From the human T2T-CHM13v2.0 reference genome, Homo sapiens: a stretch of DNA of 64,000 bases. Under the pieces are notes generated by a model, which saw only the letters and a program-made list of their open reading frames with translations, did no database searches and was not told the DNA's origin. Positions within the stretch are counted from its first letter, which is position 1. Each line of letters opens with the position of its first letter. The stretch is from assembly GCF_009914755.1 (NCBI RefSeq), contig NC_060934.1. One strand, written 5' to 3'. Shown in pieces: positions 1-14,557 of this stretch. A program made the position numbers and the translations under genes.

Positions 1-115
1 GTTTTAAAAACCTCTGCCATATCTAGTCCATGGTCATAAATCAAGTATTCAGTACTACGGTGGCAATCACTATTGTCTAAATTTTTAGTTTATTTTGTAA
101 GAAGTACTTGGAACA

Positions 116-427
116 GCTGGGTGCAGTGGCTCACACCTGTAATCCCAGCACTCTGGGAGGCCGAGGCAGGTGGAGTACTTGAGATCAGGAGTTCAAGACC
201 AGCCTGGCCAACACGGTAAAACCCCATCTCTACTAAAAATACAAAAAAAAAAAATTAGCTGTTCATGATGGTGCATGTCTGTAATCCCAGTTACGTGGGA
301 GGCTGAGGCAGGAGAATTGCTTGAACCCAGGAGACAAAGGTTGAGGTGAGCCGAGATCGTGACACTGCACCCTAGCCTGGACGACAGACCAAGACTCCGT
401 CTCAAAAAAAAAAAAAGAAAGAAAGAA
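116..427 (+). mobile_element. Alu (AluS-like)
   Basis: Dimeric Alu with A-rich linker and A tail. Confidence 0.95.
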
Positions 428-1759
428 TATTTGCAGGATGTTTGCACCCCTGAAAAGAGTTAAACTATAGTACAGAAGAAACAAAATGTACAAGTAAGTA
501 TTTTTGCCTGGATTGCAGCAAGTCCTACACAATTACCAACACCCCAAAGCTACCTGGTACTCTGTGGATTTGTGAAGTGTTAATGTAATGTATCTGTGAC
601 AAGTTAAAATTTAATGCATGGCTCCGGTAGCATAATCGAATCGATGTTATGTAACCTAAGAGAACTATTCCAGTAAGTTCTGATGTGCTGGCTGCTTACG
701 GTTCAGGGGGAGTTTTTTTCGGAGGTTACTGAGTATTTAGGAATCATCCCTTCAGACACTTGCTCTTTTGCCACAGAAGCTGCAGTTATCTTATCCCTGC
801 TTTCGGCAGCTGGAATGCTCCGTGGAACAGGGCTGAGATGAACGTTCTATCTCCAAGGCTGCGTTTTGGGGCAAGTTAAGGAAAAGGATCAAAGTAAGTT
901 GATTTGCATGACCTTCTCTTTAATCAGATGTTTCTTTTTATGTTCAACCTCAACAAAGCCAGCCTATCATAGCACACTATTTATAGTCTATAATCTAAGA
1001 TGTTCTGAACCATTCCCCCACACCAAAAATTAAAATTAAAACCTCAATAGTGGTGTGGCTATATCATTAGAAGTAATAGTAGAGTCACAAAAACCTATTT
1101 CTGAGACTTTTTTTTTAAATGACAGGTTTGATGGTATTTCCAATGGGGCCTGTGTCCCTAGATTGTAATTCTTAAATATGTCATCAAAGTCAATATTGAA
1201 GTTCTGGGGACAAGTCAATCAAATTTCACTCTTGTGTTTTATAGTAGAACAAGAACTTCTCCCTGGATTCACTGCCCTCAATAACTTAATCTTTGGTTCT
1301 TTATCAGGTAAAAATGATAGTTTTAAAATCTGACTTAAGAAATGGCTTTATATTGAAATCATGAAATCAGAGAATTTGTTATATGCATGAGAAAACTAAG
1401 GCCTGGAGCCTATGACTTGTCTAAGACACTGTAGCTAGTCACTTGTCATATGTCAAAATCAAAAATCCGGCGCTCCCTTAACTTCACTCTAAGAGTAGAC
1501 ACCATTAAACCAGACCCCACAGGCAGAAAGAGGGTTGTTCTCTTCATTTGTCTGCTCTCAATGTGGGCAGGGCCTACATCAAAGTCAGCCTGGGTGCTTC
1601 TAGAGGGGCTGCAATCTTTAGAGGAAGAATATCAGCTGCCCACCGAGAAAACAAGAACGCCACCGTAAAGAACATGTCAGGGAAGGAAATGTGCCCAAAG
1701 ATAATGCTGGTCATCTCCTGGAGGGGGAATTTGGAGGAATGTTTTTCCCTTTTCTCAAA

Positions 1760-2764
<1,005 letters not shown>

Positions 2765-5055
2765 GTGTCCTTTTTGTTTAATGCCCCTGCACGGCCTACG
2801 TTTTCTACAATGAACATGTAGTATATTTGGGATTAAGGACAAAATATAAAATACTGAAGTTAAAAAGTAAATCCTATGGAGAAAACAGGGTTGTGAAAGA
2901 ACTTAAGAAATGATTGGGTTTTTTTTTTTTAGACTGAGGCAAACTGTTGAGCCCTCTTGTGGGCTCAGCTAGAGACATCATTCCTATACTCTTCAAGAAT
3001 CTACCACCTGATCGGCTGTGGCTGCCACAAGCCACAGGAGAAACGGCCATAATTCATGGGCAGCTGAAATAATTCCTCTAAGCTCTGGGAGGAAAGTGTT
3101 CCCAGATGCAGGAAGGAGAACAACAATGTATATTAAGCTGTTGCCAGCTAATGTTGGTCATAAAAATCCCTAGCACTTGGGTAAGGCCTTTCATCTTCCA
3201 AATCTTTCCTCCAAGCCTTAGAACACTTATCTCTGAGTTCTCCATTTGAATAACTGGAGGCCCATTTTTCCCCTTCCAGAGCCACAAAGGGTCCACTTTC
3301 CAAAACCACATAAAGAGAAAACAACGTCAATGTGGCAACTTCTCCCAAAGAGGAGCAGAATTCTGCTCTTGGTTAACAAGCACACAAAGAACATCTCCCA
3401 CAAACCCTTCCAACGCTTCACCTCTGAGCCACACAGGCCGCGTGCTATCAGTTCATTCCACAGAATGTCTCGTTTGAAGAGCTAAAATTTTCCAAACGTG
3501 AACTCATTCTACCCACTGGTAGAATGCTTTACTCCTTGGAGGTGAAGTCATTTGACATGATTTATTCATTAAGACAAAGGTGAGGTAACTAAAACCAAAA
3601 TCCATCCAATTAGCTATTTATCCAACCTCTAACTCTCAGAGGAGAAATTCTTTTTTCCTTGGTGTCAACCTCTCCCTCTACCTCCTGCCCTCCCTCACCT
3701 TCTTCCTTTGTGTGTTTTGCTCTCTTTTCTTTTCTGGTTTCTTTCTGTTCAGCAAAATAGGGGAGATGACAGCAGAGGCATACAGGAGCCCCAGAGGAAA
3801 GGAGACCCAATGAGCAGGTGGGAAAGAAACAGCCTCCTATTCTAAGAAGCGGCTGTATTCAAGTGATGCAAAAAGAGGTTCAAGAGCACTGTCTGTCTCC
3901 CTAGGTGAAAAAGAGTCAACACCTAGAAAATGGAATCCAACTCGAGTTTCCTAACAAAGGCTCTGTACCCTACATCCAAATTCTTGGCAGGGCCCCCAAA
4001 TTACAACCCCCACGTGAAACTGAGAAGGGGGCTAAACCTTGGAGATACAAGGCACGTGACATTGATAAGGAGGTGAATTTATGGCCCAGCAACAGTCAAA
4101 AGCCTCCAGTCACAGCTGCTGACAAGACCGAAGAGACCTCAGAAGGCAAACTTCAAGAAACAACCAGAATGGGTCGTTTTCTGAACTCTGGGCAAAGGGG
4201 CAAAGGGAAACCACACTGTCTCAGGAGGACGAAGAACCCAGGGAAGCCATCAGGGAGAAAAATAAAGTGGCCTTCATGGAGGAAACACAAGTTAAGGTTA
4301 AGGTCATTCTACGTCTCAACACTGCGGACATGGAAACACCACCCAGCTCTGTCCCTTCCTGAACTGGATTTAGAATTTGAAATCTACCATCCACCAAGGC
4401 TTGTTCTGCATGTCCCAGACACAGACTAGAAGCAAACAAGGACTAGTGCAAACAGAAAGATCTTTCCAAGTTCATCGTAAGGTGGGTTTGTCCCCAGTGG
4501 AATAGTGGCCTCAGGAGATCATAAACACACTGGTAGGGTGGGCTTCCAGCACTGGGGAGGAATCGCACAGGGCCTGAGGCCCCAAAGCTTCCTTCCACCA
4601 CTGTGAATTTATAGTTCCATGCGCTTCTGCACTTGTTAAATCAGGTCGCTATTTGTTGTCTACTAATCTACAAACCTGAAGCCCCCAGCCAGCAGAGGCC
4701 ACTCTCGATCCCACCCCCCAGCCCCAGTTCACTCCCAAAGATGAAGACAGAGAGGACTGTCCAGTCTCTAAAAGGGAAGAAGGAGCAAGAACAAGACATG
4801 GAACCAGAAAATAAAATAAATACTCATCTTATACTCCCAACTTGAAATGCACATACAGGCAGCCCAACAGCCTGTAGATAATTTGGTTTACAATGATATG
4901 CAAAGATGCAGACCCATCGTGGCTGAATAGTTTCGTACAGTTAGAAGTGACCCTGGAAAGAATATTACTGACAGTCTTGCCTTAAAAACTCTTTTGCAAA
5001 AGACATCATGGTCCCAGACTTCAGCAGTTAACAGATGGAAATTAACTTCACTTCA

Positions 5056-5365
<310 letters not shown>

Positions 5366-7375
5366 TCTAAAATCCTATTTTTCCTTTTTAAAAAAACACC
5401 CCTTCCCCAAGTAAAAGTCAACTCTGATAATGGGGAGATCTACATAATGTTTACCTTAATTACTTCTTCCCCAAATTGAAGTATTCCTCCCTATTGTGCT
5501 AGAAACCAAAATTAAACAGCACCAACTTTCCACAGAAACCCTCAGGAATGACAGCCACTAAGGAAAAAAGGATGTAAAAGAAAGGATGGAGCAAGAGGAG
5601 GAGGGGGAGAAGGCTGGAATTCAGGCTTTCCTGTGAATTCGCTTTGAAATGCCTAGAGGCCACTGGATCTGAGTCCCCAAGAAAATCTGGTAGAGAGGCC
5701 AGTGAACCAGCATAAAGAATAGAAAATAAAGGAGATGTGTTAAATAATTTTGATTTTGGCCACGTGAAGAAGTATTAGTCATACAGGTAACAAGATCTTA
5801 CAGGGAGATGATTCCAAGGCTCGGCTTGACAACGTTAAGTGTATATCCATTCTGGGCCTGGAGTGCCAATTACATTTCCAAATTGGCAATTAGACACAAT
5901 GTCCCAAGACAATCACCAAATAATGCCAAAAACAAAGCAAGTTCCATCTTAAAGCAGCCATTCTTTTGAAACTGCCCTTCCCTCCCGTGCCTGACTCATC
6001 CACCTCACAAACAACTGCCCATTATGAACTAAATCCTTGTTAGCTACTGATCAAGAGAAACCAGGTGGCATGAATAATTAAAATCCACGAATGATTCAAG
6101 CACCATGTTGTCAACAAACCAAGCCCATCTCTTTCACCAGGAGTTTCTCCATAGCATCTAACAAATTACCCAAAAAAGCAGGAAAATATATTTGCCACCC
6201 CCAACCAATGCATTCTCGTTCAGCCCCCAGCTAACTACTGGAAAGAGCCTTCCAACATCTACGTGTGTTTACATTTGCATGACTCAGTTCCTGCCCTCAA
6301 GGAGTTTGCAGGCAATTCAGAGATCAGATGTTCATATTCCATGAGAAGATAACTGTTTTTTCCTCTGCTCAGCCTGTCAAGTACTAATAAAAGCCCTAAC
6401 AAGCAGGGAGTCAGAACTGGGTCTTAATTATTTTTCCCCCAGCACCTAGCTTGGTTTCTGGCACATCGTATACACTTAATATGCAACAAAAGCAAAAACA
6501 ACAACAATAATTATAACCAGAAGACTTCTTTGAGGGCCTACTGTGTGCAGGCCGCCACGATGCTAGGTCCTTCTTCATTCTGCCTGCTGCAGACACTCAT
6601 GGTGCTCCCCTCTGATGATGAAACAACATAAAAAGCACATCTCATGGAAAAAGTCCCTGACAGTGTGAGCTGTGAAAAACCCTGGTATGGTGAGAAAAGG
6701 AGCTACTTTCACTTTCATCTTCTGGAATTCTTAAGAAGTGCATTGGAGGGCCACACAGCACGGTGCCACGTGTGTCCCCCAGTCACTCCACGGGCAGCTC
6801 TTCAGCCAATTCTTTGAGGTTGAACCCTCCATTTGGGAAGGCCCACCCAGGCCCCTACAGAAAATCAGGCTGGCAGTCTTAATGCCCACTGACTTCAAAC
6901 ACTCCAGAGGGAGTGGTCCCCAGCCAGCCTGGGGCATCACCGCAGTGCAGCCCTGGTGACACCACCAGCCTTTAATTTTGCAAGGAGGTAGTTTGGCTGG
7001 GTTGCCCTCCTGGACTTCGGGAAGTCACACCCTTTGCAGAATGACCAACTGGCACGAGGAAGAGCCCACACATTGGTGGGTAACACACAGACCACACCCT
7101 GTAAACACTGCTCTGGCCACCACAACCCAACCCTAAATCCACAACGCTGATGGGTTCCTTAGGAGCAGGCACCTGGACCATCAGTTTTCGCAAATAAGAG
7201 CCCAGCCCGAACCACAGCTACCCTGGTCTGAAAGGAGTTTTCTCCACCCAACGATCTGGCAGAGCAAACCTTCTGCTTCTCATCCCTTCCCCCTTCAAGA
7301 GCTGGGAATTTCCACATTTAAAAATAAGCCTGTCTTCAGGGATGGACTGCACGGAGGCTGAGGGATGGACCAGAT

Positions 7376-7850
7376 CCTTGATACTCAAAGTGTGGTCTGC
7401 ACAGCATCAGTATAGCCTGTGTCTCGCCAGACCAGCATAATCTCAGGTCCCACACTGGATCTTCTGAATCACAGCCTGCATTTTAACAGCTCTCGGTGAT
7501 TCCTGAGCATATTAAAGTTTGACTAAGCCAGGCACAGTGGCTCACACCACTGTGGGAGCACTTTGGGAGACCAAGATGGGAAGATCACTTGAACCCAGGA
7601 GTTCAAGACAAGCCTGGGCAACATAGGGAGACCCCATCTCTGTAAAAAATTTAAAACCTAGCCAGGTGTGGTGGCACACACCCATAAGTCTTGGCTACTT
7701 GGGGAGCTGAGGCAAGAGGATCACTTGAGCCTGGGAGGTTGAAGCTGCAGTGAGCAGTGATCATGCCACTGTACTCCAGCCTGGGCAACAGAGTGAGACC
7801 CTGTCCCAAAAAAAAAAAAAAAAAAAAAAAGTTTGAGAAGCCCAGGCCTA
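7376..7850. mobile_element. MER5-like hAT-Charlie MITE split by an AluJ-like insertion (7526-7830)
   Basis: tactcaaagtgtggtc...attttaaca...ttaaagtttga [Alu] aaagtttgagaagc; TSD AAAGTTTGA. Confidence 0.75.
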
Positions 7851-9479
7851 GAGACACTCTCCAGTCCTTGGAGATAAAGATGTGATATTCCCACTGAACA
7901 TTCCCCAGGTTTTCTGTCCAAAGTGCTAGGACACCCTTGCCTCCGAGGGTCCCTGGGTTTCCTTTTCTAGGTGCCTAATGCGTGGGGTTCCACCCACCCA
8001 AGAAGCAGTTCTAAAAGAGACATCCTTGGTCTGCTCCCTGACTGTGCACAGAAAGGCATGGCCCTGTCTGATCCCCAGGGATGTCTCCAAGGGACCCAGT
8101 GTTCCCCACACGGCCCAGGGCCTGGCATCACAGCACAAACAGCCCTTTCACTGGAACCACAAAGGCGACCTTCCAGGGGATCTGCAGCTTGGCAAGGTGG
8201 TATTGGCTGCTGTGATTCACAGATTAGCATGGTCACTGCCAGTGTGAGCCGGGACGCCCACTTTGGGAAGGAGGTCCTGGCATTGCAATCGAATGCCAAT
8301 GTAACTGTTTCTGCACCAGGCCTCTCATGCCCTGATGAGAGAGAGAGAAAGAGAGAGACAGCCCCAAAGCAAGCACTTACTCCTGGCTATCAGCCACCAA
8401 TGAATGTCCCCATCCAGGGAACAAAATAGCTGTGAGGCAAAGAGAAGGTCCATTTGGACTTACCATTGGAATGCTTTATCCCCCAGGCCAAACAGCAGGG
8501 GGCAGGCAGCTCTTCTTTTCCTCCTGTTGTATGTTTGGTCAAGTTTCCTGGGCACCTAGAAGCAGGGCTAGCCCAAGGCTCCCAAAGGGAGGCCATAGGT
8601 TCTCAGTGTCCTCCTAGGAAATGCTATAAAATGGGGTTGGTGAAAAAAACCACCCCATGAGGCTGTGCTCTATCACAGACCTCAATTTGCAGGTGAGGAA
8701 ACTGAGGCACAAAGGCATGACGTCTTTGCCCAGGATCACAGGCTGAACCTTGGGCACTGCACAGCACCCCTGACACTGAAGCAAGACTGCTCACAGGTAG
8801 CACATTTGAGGGCATTTTAACCACTTTCTCTACCAGCAGGATGCCGCCAAGCCTGTGATGTGGCCCTCCAAAGGGGAAGCTCAGCCACGCCATGCCTGCT
8901 GATTTTTTTTCACAAGGTAATTTAAAAGGCAGGTGTGCCACAGAACACACTTGGGGAAACCTGGCCTAGGGGGTGTCTTGGAAAAGCTGGTCTGGGTAGA
9001 CAGTGAGTGTCCTGGCCAAGAGACCGTGACATCACTTGGGAGACAGGTCTATGAGTTCTGGACTTGGGATAACAGGGATGGAATTTGTCCCTCCTCAAGG
9101 GTACAATGCTGGACAACCATACCTGCCCACCAAATGCCACAGTGTTTCCCTTCTGCCAGCCCAGCAGCTCCTGGTCCCCCATACTGTCGATGTTCGTCCA
9201 CTGATACCCCACCATCAAAACTGTAACCATCCTGCCAGGACCCCATCCGTGAAGCCTACCTCTGCTGCCCTGCCCTAACTTTCCAGCCTTGCAACAGCCA
9301 AGAGCCATAAGCCCATGTCTCAGTCTGACTCTAAATGGTTTTTTGATCTATGACAGTATACTTCAGGATCTAAAGCCTCCTTTTGGCTCAAAAACTTTAT
9401 TTGTTATAGTCTGCGCCCTTCAGGGGCTATAAGTTCAATGAATCAAAGGGAAAATAAACTCAGCACTTCATGAAGCTAT

Positions 9480-9710
9480 GATAGTTACCACTTACAAGAG
9501 GCCTGCTAAGTGTCTGGCATTTGCAGGGTGCTATGTGCCCATTATTCCTGCTCCCTATAAGAACCCTACAAAGTAAGCATCAGTATGCTCTTGGTATAGG
9601 TGATGTAACCAAAGCTCAACATGGTTGGCAGTCAAAGATGCCCTGCTAATAAATGTGAGATCCATGATTTGAACTTGGGTTTGCCTGATTGCAGAGTCTT
9701 GTACTAAAGT
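9480..9710 (-). mobile_element. MIR fragment
   Basis: Degenerate MIR core (aagctcaac...gatttgaacttggg). Confidence 0.5.
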
Positions 9711-9735
9711 GTGCATTTCCATAAAGAGGGCCAGG

Positions 9736-10090
<355 letters not shown>

Positions 10091-11490
10091 TCAGCTGGAG
10101 CTCCCCCGTGACTAGGACCCAAGAACTCCTCCAAGGCCACCCCAAGTGATCTGCTCAAAAAGGAGTATCTCAAGGTCATCTGGTGCAGCCAATCCCCAGG
10201 ACAGGATGAGATGAGGCACAAGGGCCAATCTGGAATCAAGAGCTCCACGGCACTGAAGCTCCAGCCCTGATTGACTGCGTCAGGCCAGACCCTGGGTAAT
10301 TACCAAGCTGTAATGGGATCTGATATTTATATTAGTCACGAGCCTGACAGAGAAAACGTGTTGTTTTCTCAGGCACAGCCATGGAGACAACATCTCGATA
10401 ATTCATTACACGCAGACCATCCTTGATCAAGCCCAAGCTTCTACAAGGCCAACAGCTCAAACTGAGAATGGAAATAACTCTATGCCCAGCCACACTCAGG
10501 CCCCTCAACAAACCACAGCTCCATCAGGAAGTTGGCCTCAGTTTCCCCAGTTATTTAAAGAGAAGTAGACCACATGCTGGAAGACGAGCAGAAGATGGAA
10601 ATAAAGATATGTAACTGTCCCAAGGCTGAATTCCTAAAGGAATTGCTAGGGAACTGCAAAACACATTCTGAGCTAGAAACTTTAACCCTCATTCCTCAAC
10701 TCCTCCCTCTCTCCTATATCGAATCACAGAGCAGGAAGGGACATTAGAACTCACAGAATTCAATCCCCACATTTTATACACAAGGAAAGATAGACACCAG
10801 AGAGGTTAAATAACTTCTTCAAAGTCATGGCTTTATTCAGGCTACCAGAGCAGCTCCCTATTCAATATAGTCTATGACAGGATTGAACTTCACAACGTCA
10901 CACCCAAGTGAATAGAGAGCTCTGATGAAATCCCACAAGGAAAAAAACAATAATGTGAAAAAGTACAGCAAAGAACACAGTACTGGAATGACTGTGACCA
11001 AGTTCCCAACAGGAGGAAATTGTAATGTTTTCTTCTTCACTTTCTGAAAAAGTCCACATGCCACTCTTTTCAAAAGACTAAAGTCATTCACTGTTTGAGA
11101 TTCAGAGGCCAAAGGTACTAATGAAGAGATGTCCCACGATGCATGTCCACAGTCTTGGGTTCCTTTGATCAAAAAGGTTTGGTGCGATCCCAGAGACCAA
11201 ACGCTCATGAAATTGGAGCTCCTTGCTGAATTTTATCTCCCACAGAATTTCAGATGCTACAAAAGACCTGCTTTCCTCTGGACGCCAGCTCTTGATCAAA
11301 CCATCTTGGGGCTGAAGGAGGGTGAGGGTGAACCCATCTGAGGGCTGGTAGAATTTTCTGGAAAGGCAGCCTATGTTTTCTTGGGAAATCTAGCACAAAA
11401 ATTATTATTCTAAGCTTAAGCCAAATACATGCCTGTGTATCGAGTCTTGACAAAACTACCAAATACTTGGAAAGAAAAAAGAAAAAAAGA

Positions 11491-11493
<3 letters not shown>

Positions 11494-11528
<35 letters not shown>
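11494..11528. repeat. (CA)n microsatellite
   Basis: ~17 CA units. Confidence 0.95.
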
Positions 11529-11530
<2 letters not shown>

Positions 11531-12931
11531 TGCAATAAAAATACAGACCTCAAGCATAGAAAGAAAAGCTTTTAAAAGGCCTAACTTACCGTTACTGCAT
11601 ATAATGAGCTGGCTACCTATGGCTTAAGTGAGCAAATCTAGGGGCAGGTATCAAGAGATTCTAGGTGTGCTTTAAAATGGACTTACGGTATCAAAAGGAA
11701 CCTGCACTCATTCTATACTGGCCTCACATCTTCCAAACAAACCACCATCACCTCTCATCCCTGGCAGATTTCTTACAGCAACTCACTTCCAGTTATGTCC
11801 ACTCAGCAGGTCTTGGGGCTACAAAACATAGCCAAATATTTACGAATTGTTTTTTCTAATCGTTGCCAAAAACCTATTTTCTTGAGTAAACTGACAGAAG
11901 TTATGCTTGCTCATCATTTAGGAGATCCTTTGTGTGTGCGATGGGATTAGCATTTCATTACAGACACTGCAATTGCATTTATGTACCCCCTAACATAAAA
12001 AGACTTTGGAAGCTGTGTTTAGGACCCCAGGTTCACAAAAACACCACAACTTATTTTCAATCATTGAAAAAGTTTTCATTATGATAAAAATTGCCCCCTG
12101 CCTGAAAGAAAGCAAGCTGTTAAAAAGTTCACCCAGATCACTCTATCTAGGGAACATTTCAGAGGCACACAACTATGAGCTATCTTTCCCCTAAAGACAG
12201 TCGCTGAATCTCAGTAAACCGGGGAACAAAATTCCCGAGACTGTTGGGGGAGGTGGAGGAGAAGGACGGAGAGAGGGAATGTGGGAATTTGAAGGCTCCA
12301 GGAATAAGCTGTTCTCAGCAGGAAGGCTAGTCAGGGATCTGGTGTATAGGGCTTTGCTTAACCTGAGGGCTTCTCTGGAAGGTGGGAGGTTTGCCTCCTT
12401 AACAAATAAGAAGAAACCTCTACGGCTGAGAAGGTAATTCCAAAGAAAACTCTCCGACCAGCACCTGCAGGCCTCCGGAGAAGCCAGAGAATGACGAAGA
12501 GAATGATGGTTTTCATATTTCTCCCTTTGTTCCAATACACCAGTATTTTCCAAAACACAAATGTGCTGCCACAAAACACAGCTGAGCTCCAGCACCCAAC
12601 AGGATGTATAATTAATGATCAGGAGAGACAGGCTCCTTCCCCCCTGGTGTTTTCATAGCCAGCCTTCACCCATAGCCCCAGGCTTCCCTACTTCTCTCAG
12701 CCGCCAAGGAGGCTGCTACAAGTTGCTGTGCCCTGTAGAAGTTTGAGGGGTCCTCGGTTTAACTTTACTAGAAAAGATGTGAACATGTGGAGGCTGCAAT
12801 GTGTATCTACCCTGCACTATTCCCCTGGATTTCCCTTCCCTCCAAAACGGTTCGCGCGTGAAGTCCCCTAGGATGGGAATTACTCAGAAAGAAGGCAGCT
12901 GGCTCACTCTCTTTTTTCCAGTTCTTTCTTT

Positions 12932-12937
12932 TTTATT
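12932..12937 (-). terminator. Candidate polyadenylation signal for the short KCNMA1 isoform
   Basis: tttatt on + (AATAAA on -) about 165 nt downstream of the alternative exon stop. Confidence 0.45.
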
Positions 12938-13099
12938 CTGCAGTTTTCTATCAGTGTCGGGTCCCCCACTCCAGCCAGTGGCTGTGGGGAAGGGAAGACA
13001 TCTCTAGGGACACGACTACAGACCAGGCAGTGAGCCTAGCAACCATACATCGAAGGTGTCGCCAGCCTCAGTGCCGGTGGGCGTCTGCACCAGGAATAG

Positions 13100-13228
13100 C
13101 TAAAGCCGACGACATCTAGCCACCTCGAGCGCCAGGGAAGACGCTCCGCGTAAAACCGCGGCCTCAGGCGGACTCCCGCTCCAGCTCCGCGCTGCTGGTG
13201 GCATTTCCGGGGACCCAAAGTGGGTGGC
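13100..13228 (-). CDS. KCNMA1: KCNMA1 alternative terminal exon (42 aa + stop) producing a 168-aa truncated isoform
   Basis: Polypyrimidine acceptor CCTCTGTTCCTTTGCCCCCAG| at 13229, in frame with exon 1: ATHFGSPEMPPAARSWSGSPPEAAVLRGASSLALEVARCRRL*. Matches my recollection of the annotated short KCNMA1 isoform. Minus-strand AATAAA at 12932-12937. Confidence 0.85.
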   Translation of the reverse strand, partial: ATHFGSPEMPPAARSWSGSPPEAAVLRGASSLALEVARCRRL

Positions 13229-13788
13229 CTGGGGGCAAAGGAACAGAGGCCGAAGAACTTGGGGTATGTTCCACTAGAGCACCTAAGGGACGGAGTGGGA
13301 GGTTACATCAGATATGCGACCTCGACACATTCCAAAAGTGGCAGCCCCGTGGGCTACCCCCAATAGTGGGATGGATCTCCCCAACTTCTCTCGCCCCTCG
13401 AAGTCCCCCTGTTATCTCGGGCCATGCTCCTCCCCCGGGATTCCCTTGTGCAAAATTATTCTCTCCCTTGCCCAAAGGATTTTTCCCTTCTTTCTGACCC
13501 CACGAACTCATCTCCCCAACAGGTTCCTAAAGTATGGGCGGATGTGCTCCCTCTCGCCCACCGCCAGGAGCCGAGCCCCGGCAGGTGAGCGGTGCAAAAC
13601 ACGCACCCAGCTGCCCCCAGCTTCCTCCGTCCCCGCTGAGTTGGCTGTCCCCACCCCGCACCACGGCACCCGAGCCTGTGAGTCCCCGACCCCGGCCCCA
13701 GCCGCAGCCGCCAACAACCCTACAATAAACAAGAGGACAGGATTGAGCGTCCGCGTCCCGGAGCGCACTGGCTGGGGGCAACTCCTCA

Positions 13789-14438
<650 letters not shown>

Positions 14439-14440
14439 AT

Positions 14441-14478
14441 TGCTGCTACTGCTGCCGCTGCCGCCGCCGCCGCCGCCG
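14441..14478 (-). repeat. 5'UTR (CGG)6 followed by imperfect CAG tract
   Basis: ccgccgccgccgccgccg at 14461-14478; tgctgctactgctgccgctg to its left. Confidence 0.85.
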
Positions 14479-14551
14479 CGGAGCGCGGGAGGGGGGCGGG
14501 GAGGCGCCTGGGCTCGGGGCGCTGTGCGCGACCTGGCGGGGTGCGCCGAGA

Positions 14552-14557
14552 TATATA
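14552..14557 (-). promoter_or_regulatory. TATA-like box (TATATA), predicting a TSS near 14525-14532
   Basis: Isolated AT motif CTGTATATATCTC in GC-rich DNA about 200 nt upstream of the ATG. Confidence 0.6.

Noticed and set aside
3905-4429. 174-aa + strand ORF
   Set aside because: GTG start, no recognisable domain, antisense within the intron
13655-13676. RE1-like CCGCACCACGGCACC in intron 1
   Set aside because: Lacks the GGACAG right half; likely chance in GC-rich DNA
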